Origin: Candidatus Woesebacteria bacterium
GTDB taxonomy: Bacteria > Patescibacteriota > Microgenomatia > UBA8517
Length of the DNA: 64,000 nucleotides
Reading direction: 5' to 3'
Assembly (NCBI GenBank): GCA_016432365.1
Contig: CP066686.1
Coordinates: 474,906 to 538,905 of the forward strand
Position numbers and translations under genes: made by a program. Position 1 is the first letter of the stretch, and each line of letters begins with the position of its first letter. Shown here piece by piece: positions 29,109-38,906 of this stretch. The notes beneath the pieces were generated by a model, which had not been told where the DNA came from, did no database searches, and saw nothing but the letters and a program-made list of their open reading frames with translations.

Positions 29109-30977
29109 ATGTACAGATTCAAGATATTCTCCGTGGCCATCATTAGTCTATTTTTCCTTTTATGTTTTCCTTATAAAGTTTTTGCTGAGGATCCCAATCA
29201 ATTCATTACAGTAGTTAACCCCGTAAGAATCTCTGCGTATGGTGGCAAACCCGCAGAGGGGATGAAAAGCGAATACCAAATTATTCGAAAGAATAAAATT
29301 TCAGCGACCTGGCTAATGACTTATGACGCTATGCAAAACCCGGAAGTTATGTCAGTCGCAAGGGGTATGGACAAAAGTCAGGAGTTTGGAATTTTTGTGG
29401 AGGTTACGCCTACTTTTTCAGAAGATTCAAAAATAACTTATCACAATACAGGTTCTTGGCATCATGCGGCAAGTGTGTTTCTATCGGGATATGCACAAGA
29501 GGACAGGAGAGTATTGATAGATAAAGTTTTTCAAACCTTCAAGGGAAAATTCGGATATTACCCGAAGTCTGTTGGGTCTTGGTGGACTGATGCATACTCT
29601 CTCTCCTACATGAAAGAAAAATATGGAATAATTGCAAACTTAGTTTGTTCTGACCAATATTCAACTGACGGTTATCAAATTTGGGGACAGCCATGGGGCT
29701 TACCTTATTATCCAAGCAAACTTTATTCAGCTGTTCCGCCCTCAACGATTGCGGACAAAATTGATGTTGTGAATTTGCAATGGGCGCCTCGAGACCCCCT
29801 TAATGGTTATACAAGTAGTTTGTATAGCACACAAGACTATTTGGGGGCGCCAATTCGTCAGGATGTGGGCTATTTTCAAAAACTAATTAATATTTATATG
29901 TCTATGAATAAAATAAATGGGTTCGCCCAGGTTACGGTGGGGCTTGAGTCAGATCTTGATCCGGATGGTTATAAAGGGGAATTTGCCAAGCAAATAGAAT
30001 ATGTCAACAGTTTGACAACAAACGGAATAAAAATTCTTACGATGGCCGATTTTTCGACGTGGTATCGTCAAAAATTTACGGATGTGTCACCATCCTACAA
30101 AATTGAATCAAAAGATTTACTTGGAAAGAATATGCAATCATTTTGGTATGGAAGTAGTAAATATAGATTATTCTATATAAAAGATTTTGATAAAAAAGAA
30201 ATCAAAATATTGGATCTTAGGATTTACAATAGCACTTTGAAAGATCCGTACTATGATTCACCCAATTTTCAATTTACCTTATCTGAAAATATTCCGGCTG
30301 TTATAGACACAGTTTCCAATACTGACAATATTTGGATATTACAGGGAGATTTTGAAATTATTACTGACGACGACAATTTTACGATTAAGGGCAGGGGAAT
30401 TAAAGTTCCGGATTTTGTTAAAAAGTCACCGCTAATCGATGTCATTCAAACCGGAAGCGAAGTTAAAATCTCTACGATAGGGGAATTGGTACCGGCGGGC
30501 GGAATTGAAATAAAAGATTTCTCCGCGGAAGCGATACATTTCTTCAGACAGAAATTGGCATTTTTTTATCTCCTGACAGGTCGAGGGTGGAACTATTTGA
30601 CTAAAGTCAGTTATACAATACCCCAAGGTGAAGTCTATGCGCTTTTATATTTGAAATCACAACCGTTTGGCCGTGTTCTGGTTTATGACAACGAGTGTTT
30701 ACAGTGTTCGTGGCACACAGAATTTAAACCGCCGGAGTTTTCAAACAGGAGAGGTTATGTTGGTAAATATTCAGGGAATCCTGTTGTGTATAATAAGTCC
30801 GTATTTGCCGCCAAAACTCAAACCGAGGCAAAGAAAGAGTTTGACAAACTTCATGCAAAGTATGTCTATCTGACTAAATTTGAAGATTATACCGAAAAAC
30901 TTCCTTTTTCTCCGGGCGATCTTAATGTTGAAAAAATTTTTAGTAATGCCAATGCTGAGATTTGGAGAGTAAAATGA
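29109..30977 (+). CDS. Secreted carbohydrate esterase/hydrolase-like barrel protein with a C-terminal GT-C-type soluble domain
   Basis: Signal peptide (..KVFA-E); ATWL..YD, E.GIF.E, FGYYPKSVGSW and DQ...DGY..WG..PYYP motifs. The C-terminus resembles the tails of 7839 and 13100. Confidence 0.55.
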   Translation: MYRFKIFSVAIISLFFLLCFPYKVFAEDPNQFITVVNPVRISAYGGKPAEGMKSEYQIIRKNKISATWLMTYDAMQNPEVMSVARGMDKSQEFGIFVEVTPTFSEDSKITYHNTGSWHHAASVFLSGYAQEDRRVLIDKVFQTFKGKFGYYPKSVGSWWTDAYSLSYMKEKYGIIANLVCSDQYSTDGYQIWGQPWGLPYYPSKLYSAVPPSTIADKIDVVNLQWAPRDPLNGYTSSLYSTQDYLGAPIRQDVGYFQKLINIYMSMNKINGFAQVTVGLESDLDPDGYKGEFAKQIEYVNSLTTNGIKILTMADFSTWYRQKFTDVSPSYKIESKDLLGKNMQSFWYGSSKYRLFYIKDFDKKEIKILDLRIYNSTLKDPYYDSPNFQFTLSENIPAVIDTVSNTDNIWILQGDFEIITDDDNFTIKGRGIKVPDFVKKSPLIDVIQTGSEVKISTIGELVPAGGIEIKDFSAEAIHFFRQKLAFFYLLTGRGWNYLTKVSYTIPQGEVYALLYLKSQPFGRVLVYDNECLQCSWHTEFKPPEFSNRRGYVGKYSGNPVVYNKSVFAAKTQTEAKKEFDKLHAKYVYLTKFEDYTEKLPFSPGDLNVEKIFSNANAEIWRVK

Positions 30978-32110
30978 TAAAAATGAATATTTTAATTTTA
31001 AGTTGGCGCGATCCGAAACATCCCCTGGCAGGTGGGGCTGAGCAGAGTGTTTGGGAGCACGCAAAGGGATGGCGTAAAGCCGGTAATGAGATAATTTGGT
31101 TTTCTTCACGGTTCAAAGGATCTGTGGTTACGGAAAATATCGATGGTATAAAAATAGTCAGAAATGGATATCAATACTTAGGGGTTCAAATAGCTGCCCT
31201 TTTTTACTATTTTAAAAATGTTAAAAACGTTGATTTAGTTGTAGATCAATTTCACGGCCTCCCGTTTTTTACCCCGTTATATGTAAAAAAACCAAAATTG
31301 GCTCTTATCCAGGAAGTGGCAGGTAAAGTTTGGCTTTTAAACCCCTTGCCATTCCCTATAAATTTAATAATTGGTGCAATTGGTTTTGTGTTTGAACCAT
31401 TTATTTTCTTACTGTACAGACATGTACAATTTATGACCGGATCAGAATCAGCAAAACTCGAAGTCTCAAAATTCGGAATCCCTCTTAAAAATATTACCGT
31501 AGTTCCTCATGGGGTAATTTTGCCAAAATTAAAAATTAAAAATGAAAAATTAAAAATGAAAACAATCACTTTTCTGGGTACGCTAGCTAAAGATAAAGGA
31601 ATTGAAGATGCTATCGAATGCTTTTCATTGCTAGATAAAAAAGGTGAATGCAATTTCTGGATTATTGGCAAACCTGAAACTGAAGATTATTTCAAAAAAA
31701 TAAAATCAAAGATCTCTGACTTGGGTTTAAATGATAAAGTAAAATTCTGGGGAAGGGTAACGGATGCTAAGAAGTTTGAGCTACTTGCAAAAAGTCACGT
31801 TTTGGTAAATCCGTCAGCTCATGAAGGGTGGGGGCTTGTGAATATTGAGGCAAATGCGGTCGGGACCCCAGTCGTTGCTTATAAATCTTCTGGATTGGTG
31901 GACTCGGTCAAAGACGGGCAAAGTGGGGTTATAGTCTCAACAAACTCACCGGAAAAAATCGCAAATGTAACAATCTCGCTTTTCGAAAATAAGAAACTGT
32001 ATGAAAAACTTCAAAGAGGTTCCATGTCTTGGAGCAAAAATTTTTCTTGGACAGTCTCCAGGGCGAAAAGTCTATTATTGTTAAACAAAGTTTTTAATGC
32101 CGGCCACTAA
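30974..32110 (+). CDS. GT4 glycosyltransferase
   Basis: WRDPKHP.AGGAE and PSAHEGWGLVNIEANAVGTPVV motifs. ATGA-coupled start at 30974. Confidence 0.9.
   Translation: MIKMNILILSWRDPKHPLAGGAEQSVWEHAKGWRKAGNEIIWFSSRFKGSVVTENIDGIKIVRNGYQYLGVQIAALFYYFKNVKNVDLVVDQFHGLPFFTPLYVKKPKLALIQEVAGKVWLLNPLPFPINLIIGAIGFVFEPFIFLLYRHVQFMTGSESAKLEVSKFGIPLKNITVVPHGVILPKLKIKNEKLKMKTITFLGTLAKDKGIEDAIECFSLLDKKGECNFWIIGKPETEDYFKKIKSKISDLGLNDKVKFWGRVTDAKKFELLAKSHVLVNPSAHEGWGLVNIEANAVGTPVVAYKSSGLVDSVKDGQSGVIVSTNSPEKIANVTISLFENKKLYEKLQRGSMSWSKNFSWTVSRAKSLLLLNKVFNAGH
31524..31558 (+). repeat. Heptamer tandem repeat (AAAAATK)x5 inside a CDS
   Basis: caaaatt aaaaatt aaaaatg aaaaatt aaaaatg, encoding KLKIKNEKLKM between the two GT-B domains. 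Confidence 0.8.
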
Positions 32111-32865
32111 TTCTTTTTCAATATAAATATAAACGTAGGCAAGAATGGCTCAAGAAGTTTCAATATTAAAGATGGAGTAAAATTTATTAGCTTTTCGTAT
32201 TTTAAAATTTTACTAAATTTATATTTTTTCGGGTGTTTTATAACTTCCAGAGTATAGTCTTCAATTACGAAATTATTGCAAAGTTTTTTCAAGCCCCAAT
32301 AACTCTTATAACTTCCAATGTAATATGATTTGTAACCCGAAATACTCAGAATGTATTTAGTTATGTTTTTTGGGAGTAATCGAATAAATGGAAGTCTATA
32401 TAGCGGCTCAACAGGACGCAGTAAATTATCACCTGTAAATAAACATATTCCTCCCGGCTTTAAGACCCGTTTAATTTCAAGCATCATTTTGTGGGGATTT
32501 GATACATAGGAATAAACTTGATTGCAGAAAACAATGTCAAAGAAATTCTTCCTGAACGGAATTTTTTCACCCTTTGCCACCCTAAATTTTAAATTTTTAA
32601 CCGACCTAAAATCTACGGCAGCTTTCTTTATTGCATTCCCATCAACATCTATGCCAATCACTTTTCTGCTATGCTTTGCAATTTCCCGAGTGATTATTCC
32701 ACTGGAGCATCCAATATCAAGGACCAGAAATGACTTTAAATTTTTGTGATTGAGGTATACTTGGACAATTGTAAGCAACTGTTTTGCAACTCGCACCCTG
32801 TCGGACTTACCAAGGATTTCTGTATGTGCTATCGAGTAATCTACGTTGCCTAATGTGGTATTCAT
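32107..32865 (-). CDS. Class I SAM-dependent methyltransferase
   Basis: VLDIGCSSG, GIDVD, PF....FDIV and RVLKPGG motifs. Confidence 0.85.
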   Translation of the reverse strand: MNTTLGNVDYSIAHTEILGKSDRVRVAKQLLTIVQVYLNHKNLKSFLVLDIGCSSGIITREIAKHSRKVIGIDVDGNAIKKAAVDFRSVKNLKFRVAKGEKIPFRKNFFDIVFCNQVYSYVSNPHKMMLEIKRVLKPGGICLFTGDNLLRPVEPLYRLPFIRLLPKNITKYILSISGYKSYYIGSYKSYWGLKKLCNNFVIEDYTLEVIKHPKKYKFSKILKYEKLINFTPSLILKLLEPFLPTFIFILKKN

Positions 32866-34100
32866 ATTTTTTGGAGCAACTTTCCTAATTCCCGCTTTAC
32901 AAGGTTTGAATTAAATGTTTTTTTATAAGCCTCTTTCGCTCCTCTCCCCAGTTTTTTGGCCAGGTTCGGGTTTCTAATTATATCTTCAATTGCGTTCGCC
33001 ATTGCCTCCGGATTTTCCATTGGCACAAGGATTCCCGATTTTCCATTTTTGATATCCTCTACTATACCGTCGCATGCAGTTGTAACTATAGGCAAGCCCA
33101 TCTCCATTGCTTCGTGAATAGTTAGGGCACTAGAGCCCTCCTCAATGGAAGGAAAAGCGAATAGGGCGCACCCCTTCATAAGTGGTTCAGTATCGTTAAC
33201 AAATCCGAAGAATTTGACATTTTTTTCAATTTTGAGTTTCGTGGCAAGCTTCATGTTGTATTTAAGCATATCGCCGCCTCCAGCAATGATCAGAGGAATT
33301 TTGAAGTCTCGTTCAGATAAAATCTTCATTGCATGAAGCAGAAAATTTACGCCTTTTCTGGGATCCTGTCTGGAAAAGAAAAATAAATATTTTGCAGGTA
33401 ATTTTGTAAAATCATTTGAATTACTAATCTTGACGCGCCTTTTATATATTTGAACATAGGAATGGGTTCTGTAGAATTTTTTGAAGTCAATGCCGAACTC
33501 TTTATTAATAATCTGTTCTGTAGAACTGTAATTGGTTATAATCTTATCTGTTCGTTTAAGTGTTATTTTTTCTAATAAAGCCAGGTATTGTGCGATTGTA
33601 AAGTATATAGCCAAGTATTTGATTTTTGGCCACAAGCCGTAATCTTTGATTCTGAGGGCTCTCACACCACCCCACCACTCATGTCGTATTGTTGTAAAGT
33701 AGTTATCGTAAAAGGTGACCTTACTTTTTGAGAATATTTTTAGAAATGCGCCCGCCAGACCCCAGGGTCCGATTCCCCATACTATAAATTTTTTGTATCC
33801 ATTTTGATCGGCAATTTTTTGAATTCCTCGTGCAAAAATAATCGAATAAATGGGTAAACCTGGAAGTGCATAAATATTCACGTTTAGGAGTGGGAGAGTT
33901 GCTTTAAAAAGAAGAAGCTTTCCTGCATCGATTTTAGTTTGCTTAGTTTCATTTCCTAGCGCGACGATATAAACAGTGTGCCCAAGTTTTTTGATAATCT
34001 TTGCAAGGTTAAAAGCAAAACTGGAATATCCACCACCAGATGCTGAAAGTGGAGATTTCCCGGAAATAATAAACACCGGAGTTTTGTCTTTCTTAATCAT
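32862..34100 (-). CDS. GT4 glycosyltransferase
   Basis: RQDPRKG and PSIEEG...IHEAMEMGLPIV motifs. Confidence 0.85.
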   Translation of the reverse strand: MIKKDKTPVFIISGKSPLSASGGGYSSFAFNLAKIIKKLGHTVYIVALGNETKQTKIDAGKLLLFKATLPLLNVNIYALPGLPIYSIIFARGIQKIADQNGYKKFIVWGIGPWGLAGAFLKIFSKSKVTFYDNYFTTIRHEWWGGVRALRIKDYGLWPKIKYLAIYFTIAQYLALLEKITLKRTDKIITNYSSTEQIINKEFGIDFKKFYRTHSYVQIYKRRVKISNSNDFTKLPAKYLFFFSRQDPRKGVNFLLHAMKILSERDFKIPLIIAGGGDMLKYNMKLATKLKIEKNVKFFGFVNDTEPLMKGCALFAFPSIEEGSSALTIHEAMEMGLPIVTTACDGIVEDIKNGKSGILVPMENPEAMANAIEDIIRNPNLAKKLGRGAKEAYKKTFNSNLVKRELGKLLQKI

Positions 34101-34107
34101 CCATTGG

Positions 34108-34509
34108 TTATTCTAAATAAGTCTTAGCTTTGTCGTATCCTGGGTATGGTCCCTGTTTAATTTCAAAAAAAACAGTGTCCTCGAGGATCTCAAATCCATG
34201 ACCCCCTGATGCCGAAAGTATTTTATCAGTAGCTTTTAAAATTCTTTTTGCAACAATTTTTCCTCGATTGTTGTAAATAGACACTTTGACGCGACCCTTT
34301 TCGATATACAAACACTCTTGGGTTGTTCTAACCGTTCTTATGGGCTCGTTGTGCAAATGAGCACGAATTTTCTCGCCCTTTTTTTTGCCGACGGCACCTA
34401 TTTGTAAAGGAAAACTCTCAGGTGAAAAGAACTGATAATTTTTTGTATTTGTTCCTTTAATGATAATAGCTAATATTTTAGTTCTGTCCTTTATTGTCTC
34501 AACTTTCAT
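34108..34509 (-). CDS. Small cupin-fold protein (WbuC-like, sugar-pathway associated)
   Basis: Cupin metal motifs AHLH...TQE.L.I..G and GGHGFE...EIKQGPY. Confidence 0.75.
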   Translation of the reverse strand: MKVETIKDRTKILAIIIKGTNTKNYQFFSPESFPLQIGAVGKKKGEKIRAHLHNEPIRTVRTTQECLYIEKGRVKVSIYNNRGKIVAKRILKATDKILSASGGHGFEILEDTVFFEIKQGPYPGYDKAKTYLE

Positions 34510-34620
34510 ATCGCTACATTATAATCCTTTCAGGGTCATATAGTATAAATAAAAATTCATTTAGTCAAACAGGAGTATTTGGTACTTAATTTGATCGGTT
34601 TGTTGGTGTAGAATCACTAA

Positions 34621-35277
34621 ATGATATCAAAGTCGATTAACACATGGGATCAGACAAAGCATTGGGAAGAAGCCTGTATCGAGACAAGGCGCAATCCAGA
34701 TGAAAGAATAAGAAGACTCCGTTTTTTTAGAATAAAGAAAAAAGAAAAAATTTTAGATTTGGGTTGCGGGGATGGTCTTAATGTCCACATTTTATATAAA
34801 AAAGGTGTTAAAAATATATTCGGTGTTGATATTTCTGATGCACTTATTAAAAGCGCAAAGCGGCTGACACCGAAGGCCAAATTTTATTTAGCCAGCGCTG
34901 AAAAACTTCCGTTTAAAGATGAAACATTCGATGTTGTATTGGTGGATTCGGTTTTCCATCATTTCATGAAGTATCGTAAGGCTTTGGGAGAAATCAATCG
35001 GGTCTTAAAGAAGAAGGGCAGGCTTTGTTTCATAGAACCGCACAAAAGTATTGTAAGAAGTTTGTACGACGCTGTTTGTGAGTTACCAATAAGCAAATAT
35101 ATCCCTTTTCTTAAAAAGCGGCGGATATCGTATTTGGGTGAGATAAAATTTATGAGACATTGGTTGAAAACAGAAGACGATTTTTATGAAACGTTGACAG
35201 AACTGAAGTTTGTAGAAAGATTACGTAAATTAGACATTATGAGTACCATAGGAATATATGAGAAAGCTTCTTATTAA
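34621..35277 (+). CDS. Class I SAM-dependent methyltransferase
   Basis: ILDLGCGDG, GVDIS, LPFKDETFD, FHH and RVLKKKG motifs. Confidence 0.9.
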   Translation: MISKSINTWDQTKHWEEACIETRRNPDERIRRLRFFRIKKKEKILDLGCGDGLNVHILYKKGVKNIFGVDISDALIKSAKRLTPKAKFYLASAEKLPFKDETFDVVLVDSVFHHFMKYRKALGEINRVLKKKGRLCFIEPHKSIVRSLYDAVCELPISKYIPFLKKRRISYLGEIKFMRHWLKTEDDFYETLTELKFVERLRKLDIMSTIGIYEKASY

Positions 35278-37411
35278 ATATTTTTTCCCGATTCTGTTTG
35301 TACCGATTTTGTTTTTGTTTTTTGGTGTTGGCACGATTAAAGACTACGGAATTAATTGGGATGAACCTTATCATTTCATGCGGGGTCAGGCGTATTTGCA
35401 CTTTTTTTTGACTGGAGAAAAAGACTATTCAACCTTACCAAAATATCCGAGGGTGAATAGCAACTGTCCATCGTGGGCAAACAACAAATGCAATATATCT
35501 CCTGGCGGCGCCACTGACACAATGCCTTCAAATGTAAAAGGTCCGATTTATGAGGACGCCATAACTGCCCAATATCCACGCAAGCTTTTTTCGTTGTGGC
35601 GCAGCGCTTACCAACACGATACTTATGATTATAATTATATTGTTATAAATGAAGGCGGGCACCCTCCGATTAATGATATTTTGGCTGCCTTGACTAATAC
35701 AATTTTTTACCAAAGGCTTCATTTAATGGGAGACCTAGACTCCCATCATTTATATGAGGTGCTAACGAGTTTCTTAATAGTTTTAGCAGTTGGTGTAGCA
35801 ACTTACCTTAATTATGGAGCCCTACCGGCTTTTGTTGCTTCTTCATCCTTGGCGATCTACCCCTTATTTTTTTCGGAATCACATTTTAATATCAAGGACC
35901 CGCCACTGGCATCTTATTATGGTCTTACTTTGCTTTTTCTTTTCTTTGGTATTACAAGAAAAGAATGGAAATTGGTATTAATATCTTCAATTTTTGCGGG
36001 ACTAGGTTTGGGAACTAAGTTAAACATTGCTTTTGCTCCACTTATTGTTGTTCCATGGCTTTTGTATTTTTTGTTAACAAAATATATTGAAACGAAAAAA
36101 CTATTTTTGTCAAAAGGCACGTTTGTAATGCTGATCTTTTACGCTCCGGTTGTGCTGGGAATAGTTTACGCTTTATGGCCCTATTTATGGTCAGATCCTT
36201 TTAGAAATACAATGCACATACTAGATTATTACAGGCAGATAGGTACCGGCACCGCCGCGGAGATGACTTCATATCTAGTCGGCAAATGGAATACCTATCC
36301 TGTTTTATGGATTGTTTATACTACTCAAGTTCCAATTTTGTTACTGGCACTAATAGGGGTTGTCTATTCTGTTTACTCGACTGTTAAAGGAAAAGACAGT
36401 TTCCCACTACTGGTTTTGCTTTGGTTATTGGTACCAATTTTACGTGTATCTTGGCCGGGAGCGGGGATATATGGAGGTGTTAGACAGCTATTGGAATACG
36501 TACCGGCATTGGCAATTGAGGCAGGCATTGGGGCCTATGCCTTAACTCGGTATGTAAAATATAAAATTGCAATATCAATACTGATTGTAATTTCAATCGT
36601 TTTTTCCATGTATGAAATAGTGATGATACACCCAAATGAGAATGTTTATTTTAACCAGTTGATAGGTGGTCTGTCCGGGGCAAGAAGTAAAAACATTCCT
36701 TACTGGGGGAATACATATGGAAATGCTTACCAGCAGGGGGTGGATTGGCTCAATAAAAATGCGGTGCCTAACGCAAGGTTGGGTTTGGCTATTGCAACAC
36801 AGGCAAACATAAGTAGAAACAGTCTGCGTTCAGATATTGAATATTACAACGGTTCTTGGAGCGGCACCAAAAGAGAAGGGGAATATGAAATAGAACTGGA
36901 TTTTGAGTGGCCGTTTAAATATTGGTATAGTTTTCAATATTATGATAAATATTTGGATCCGGTTTATATATCAAGTGTCGACGGCGTACCGCTTGTTAAG
37001 GTTTGGAAAAATGATATTGAACACACAAAGCCTGCGTTTCGTGAAGAAATAAATTACCAACCGGCTTCGACATTGTTAAGAAAAAACACAGCAAATAAGG
37101 AGTTGTGGATTGACATGGGGAAAGATATTTTTTTGACGGGCTTGAAAATTTGGCATAGTAATGTGGGATGTAGCGTACAGAAGGGGGGATATGTTGCCCT
37201 TTCCACAGATAACAAGACATGGGTGAGGGAGGCAGATCCGCCCGACACAGCACAGGTTCCTCCGACGACTGCTGAGTGGAAAAAGGGAAATTTTCTATTT
37301 TTATTTCCCGGAACAAAGGCTAGATATATTTTATTTGACCCGCAAATGAACGACACCTGTATATTTAAAAACATGAGGATACAAATTTCAGGGCTTAAAA
37401 TTCTACCTTAA
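35258..37411 (+). CDS. ArnT/PMT-like GT-C glycosyltransferase with extra extracytoplasmic domains
   Basis: DYGINWDE, HPP, SHFNIKD, YGGVRQ, HPNE..YFN and YWG motifs. C-terminal 'IDMGK...S.D...W...ARYI' beta-sandwich (F5/8-like; inference). Confidence 0.8.
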   Translation: MRKLLIKYFFPILFVPILFLFFGVGTIKDYGINWDEPYHFMRGQAYLHFFLTGEKDYSTLPKYPRVNSNCPSWANNKCNISPGGATDTMPSNVKGPIYEDAITAQYPRKLFSLWRSAYQHDTYDYNYIVINEGGHPPINDILAALTNTIFYQRLHLMGDLDSHHLYEVLTSFLIVLAVGVATYLNYGALPAFVASSSLAIYPLFFSESHFNIKDPPLASYYGLTLLFLFFGITRKEWKLVLISSIFAGLGLGTKLNIAFAPLIVVPWLLYFLLTKYIETKKLFLSKGTFVMLIFYAPVVLGIVYALWPYLWSDPFRNTMHILDYYRQIGTGTAAEMTSYLVGKWNTYPVLWIVYTTQVPILLLALIGVVYSVYSTVKGKDSFPLLVLLWLLVPILRVSWPGAGIYGGVRQLLEYVPALAIEAGIGAYALTRYVKYKIAISILIVISIVFSMYEIVMIHPNENVYFNQLIGGLSGARSKNIPYWGNTYGNAYQQGVDWLNKNAVPNARLGLAIATQANISRNSLRSDIEYYNGSWSGTKREGEYEIELDFEWPFKYWYSFQYYDKYLDPVYISSVDGVPLVKVWKNDIEHTKPAFREEINYQPASTLLRKNTANKELWIDMGKDIFLTGLKIWHSNVGCSVQKGGYVALSTDNKTWVREADPPDTAQVPPTTAEWKKGNFLFLFPGTKARYILFDPQMNDTCIFKNMRIQISGLKILP

Positions 37412-38352
37412 GGGCTTGTTTCTTCAATATATTTATTTTTTGACAGATCTTTCTGGTTTAAGTTGACGATCATTTCTGCGACCAACCCGGTAGATATAAG
37501 TTGTACACCGATTATCATCAAGAGCATTCCCAAAAACAATAGTGGTTGGCGAAATTGGATTGAACCGGTTGTGACTCTCAGATAGGTAATATAAATACCG
37601 ATTAAGAAACCGATAAAAAACGAAGCTATGCCCCAAAATCCAAAAAAATGGCCGGGGCGTCTAATGTACCCTGTTAGAAAAACTATAGTTATCAAATCGA
37701 GTACACCTTTAATATTTCTTTCTATACCAAATTTACTTTTACCAAATTTTCTGGGTTTGTGAGATACCACGATTTCTGTAACTTTAAAATTTTGATGTGC
37801 GACAAGAACTGGTATGAATTTGTATAGTTCTCCATAAAGATGAATATTTGTCAAAACTCTTTTTCTGTAGGCTTTAAAGCCACAATTCAAGTCATGAATT
37901 GTTACGCCCGTAAGCTTTCTTGTTAGTAGGTTGCCAATTTTTGAAGGTATAGTTTTACTGAGGGGGTCATATCTTTTCTTTTTCCAACCAGAGACCAGGT
38001 CGTAACCCTCCTCAATTTTTTTTACGAACTTTGGTATTTCCCGCGGGTCATCCTGCAGATCGGCATCCATTGTGATCACTATTTCGCCGCGGCTGGCATC
38101 AAAACCACTTTGTAATGCTATCGATTTTCCGAAATTCCCTCGATGTTTTATAATCTTAATATTCTTATTGTTGCGGCTGAGCTTTTTTGCGATTTCAAAA
38201 GTGGAATCCGTCGAACCGTCGTCTACAAAAATAATCTCAAAAGATTTACGAAGTTTTTTCATCTCAACAACAACTTGAGAATATAGCGACGAAATCGTTT
38301 TTTCTTCGTCCTTAGCAGGAATAATAAATGAAACTTGCGGAACTTTTGTCAT
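37408..38352 (-). CDS. Polyprenyl-phosphate glycosyltransferase (ArnC/GtrB-like GT2)
   Basis: VDDGSTD, RGNFGKS.AL, MDADLQDDP and HDLNCGFKAY motifs; two C-terminal TMs. Confidence 0.9.
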   Translation of the reverse strand: MTKVPQVSFIIPAKDEEKTISSLYSQVVVEMKKLRKSFEIIFVDDGSTDSTFEIAKKLSRNNKNIKIIKHRGNFGKSIALQSGFDASRGEIVITMDADLQDDPREIPKFVKKIEEGYDLVSGWKKKRYDPLSKTIPSKIGNLLTRKLTGVTIHDLNCGFKAYRKRVLTNIHLYGELYKFIPVLVAHQNFKVTEIVVSHKPRKFGKSKFGIERNIKGVLDLITIVFLTGYIRRPGHFFGFWGIASFFIGFLIGIYITYLRVTTGSIQFRQPLLFLGMLLMIIGVQLISTGLVAEMIVNLNQKDLSKNKYIEETSP

Positions 38353-38852
38353 TACTTAAGTTTTTCGATCAAAATATTCATTGTATCAATGTCTTGTTGA
38401 GACAAGAGCCAGTAGGGAGTATTGGCAGGGAAGTTGTCCCTCATCTTTCCAAGGATTGGCTTGTATTTTTCAAACAAACTGATAATTTCTGACTTTTTTT
38501 CTTGAGATTCTTTGACAGAACTTTCAGCAAGGACCCCCGCCGCAAAAGCCAGCCTTTGCGAGGCGTCCGAGATTTGTGACTGCTCCTTATTCTCTACAAG
38601 GCTTACGTATTCGGACACTCTTCTTTCAAGTAGCCATTTTCTGTACTCATACTTTGAATTTTTGGAAAATTTAAACTTTTCTGATACTTTCTCCTTTGCC
38701 CTTTTGAACAAATAGCCGGAACTCCCTGGAAGCGTTTTTTGGGGAGTTAATCCAAAAGATTCCGGAGACTCCGCAAAAACGGCTGGGGCGATTGACAAGA
38801 AGAGAACTAAGACCGAAAATACTGCCAAAAGACGCAACTTGAAAGATGTCAT
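38352..38852 (-). CDS. Secreted DUF5667-like helical protein
   Basis: Signal peptide (..AVFA-E) and 'LPGSSGYLFKRAKEKV...ERRVSE', recognisable as the DUF5667 pattern. Confidence 0.6.
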   Translation of the reverse strand: MTSFKLRLLAVFSVLVLFLSIAPAVFAESPESFGLTPQKTLPGSSGYLFKRAKEKVSEKFKFSKNSKYEYRKWLLERRVSEYVSLVENKEQSQISDASQRLAFAAGVLAESSVKESQEKKSEIISLFEKYKPILGKMRDNFPANTPYWLLSQQDIDTMNILIEKLK

Positions 38853-38906
38853 ACAAGGGGATTATATTCCAGTATGGTATCATTTTACAATAGCAGGGGA
38901 AAAAGC

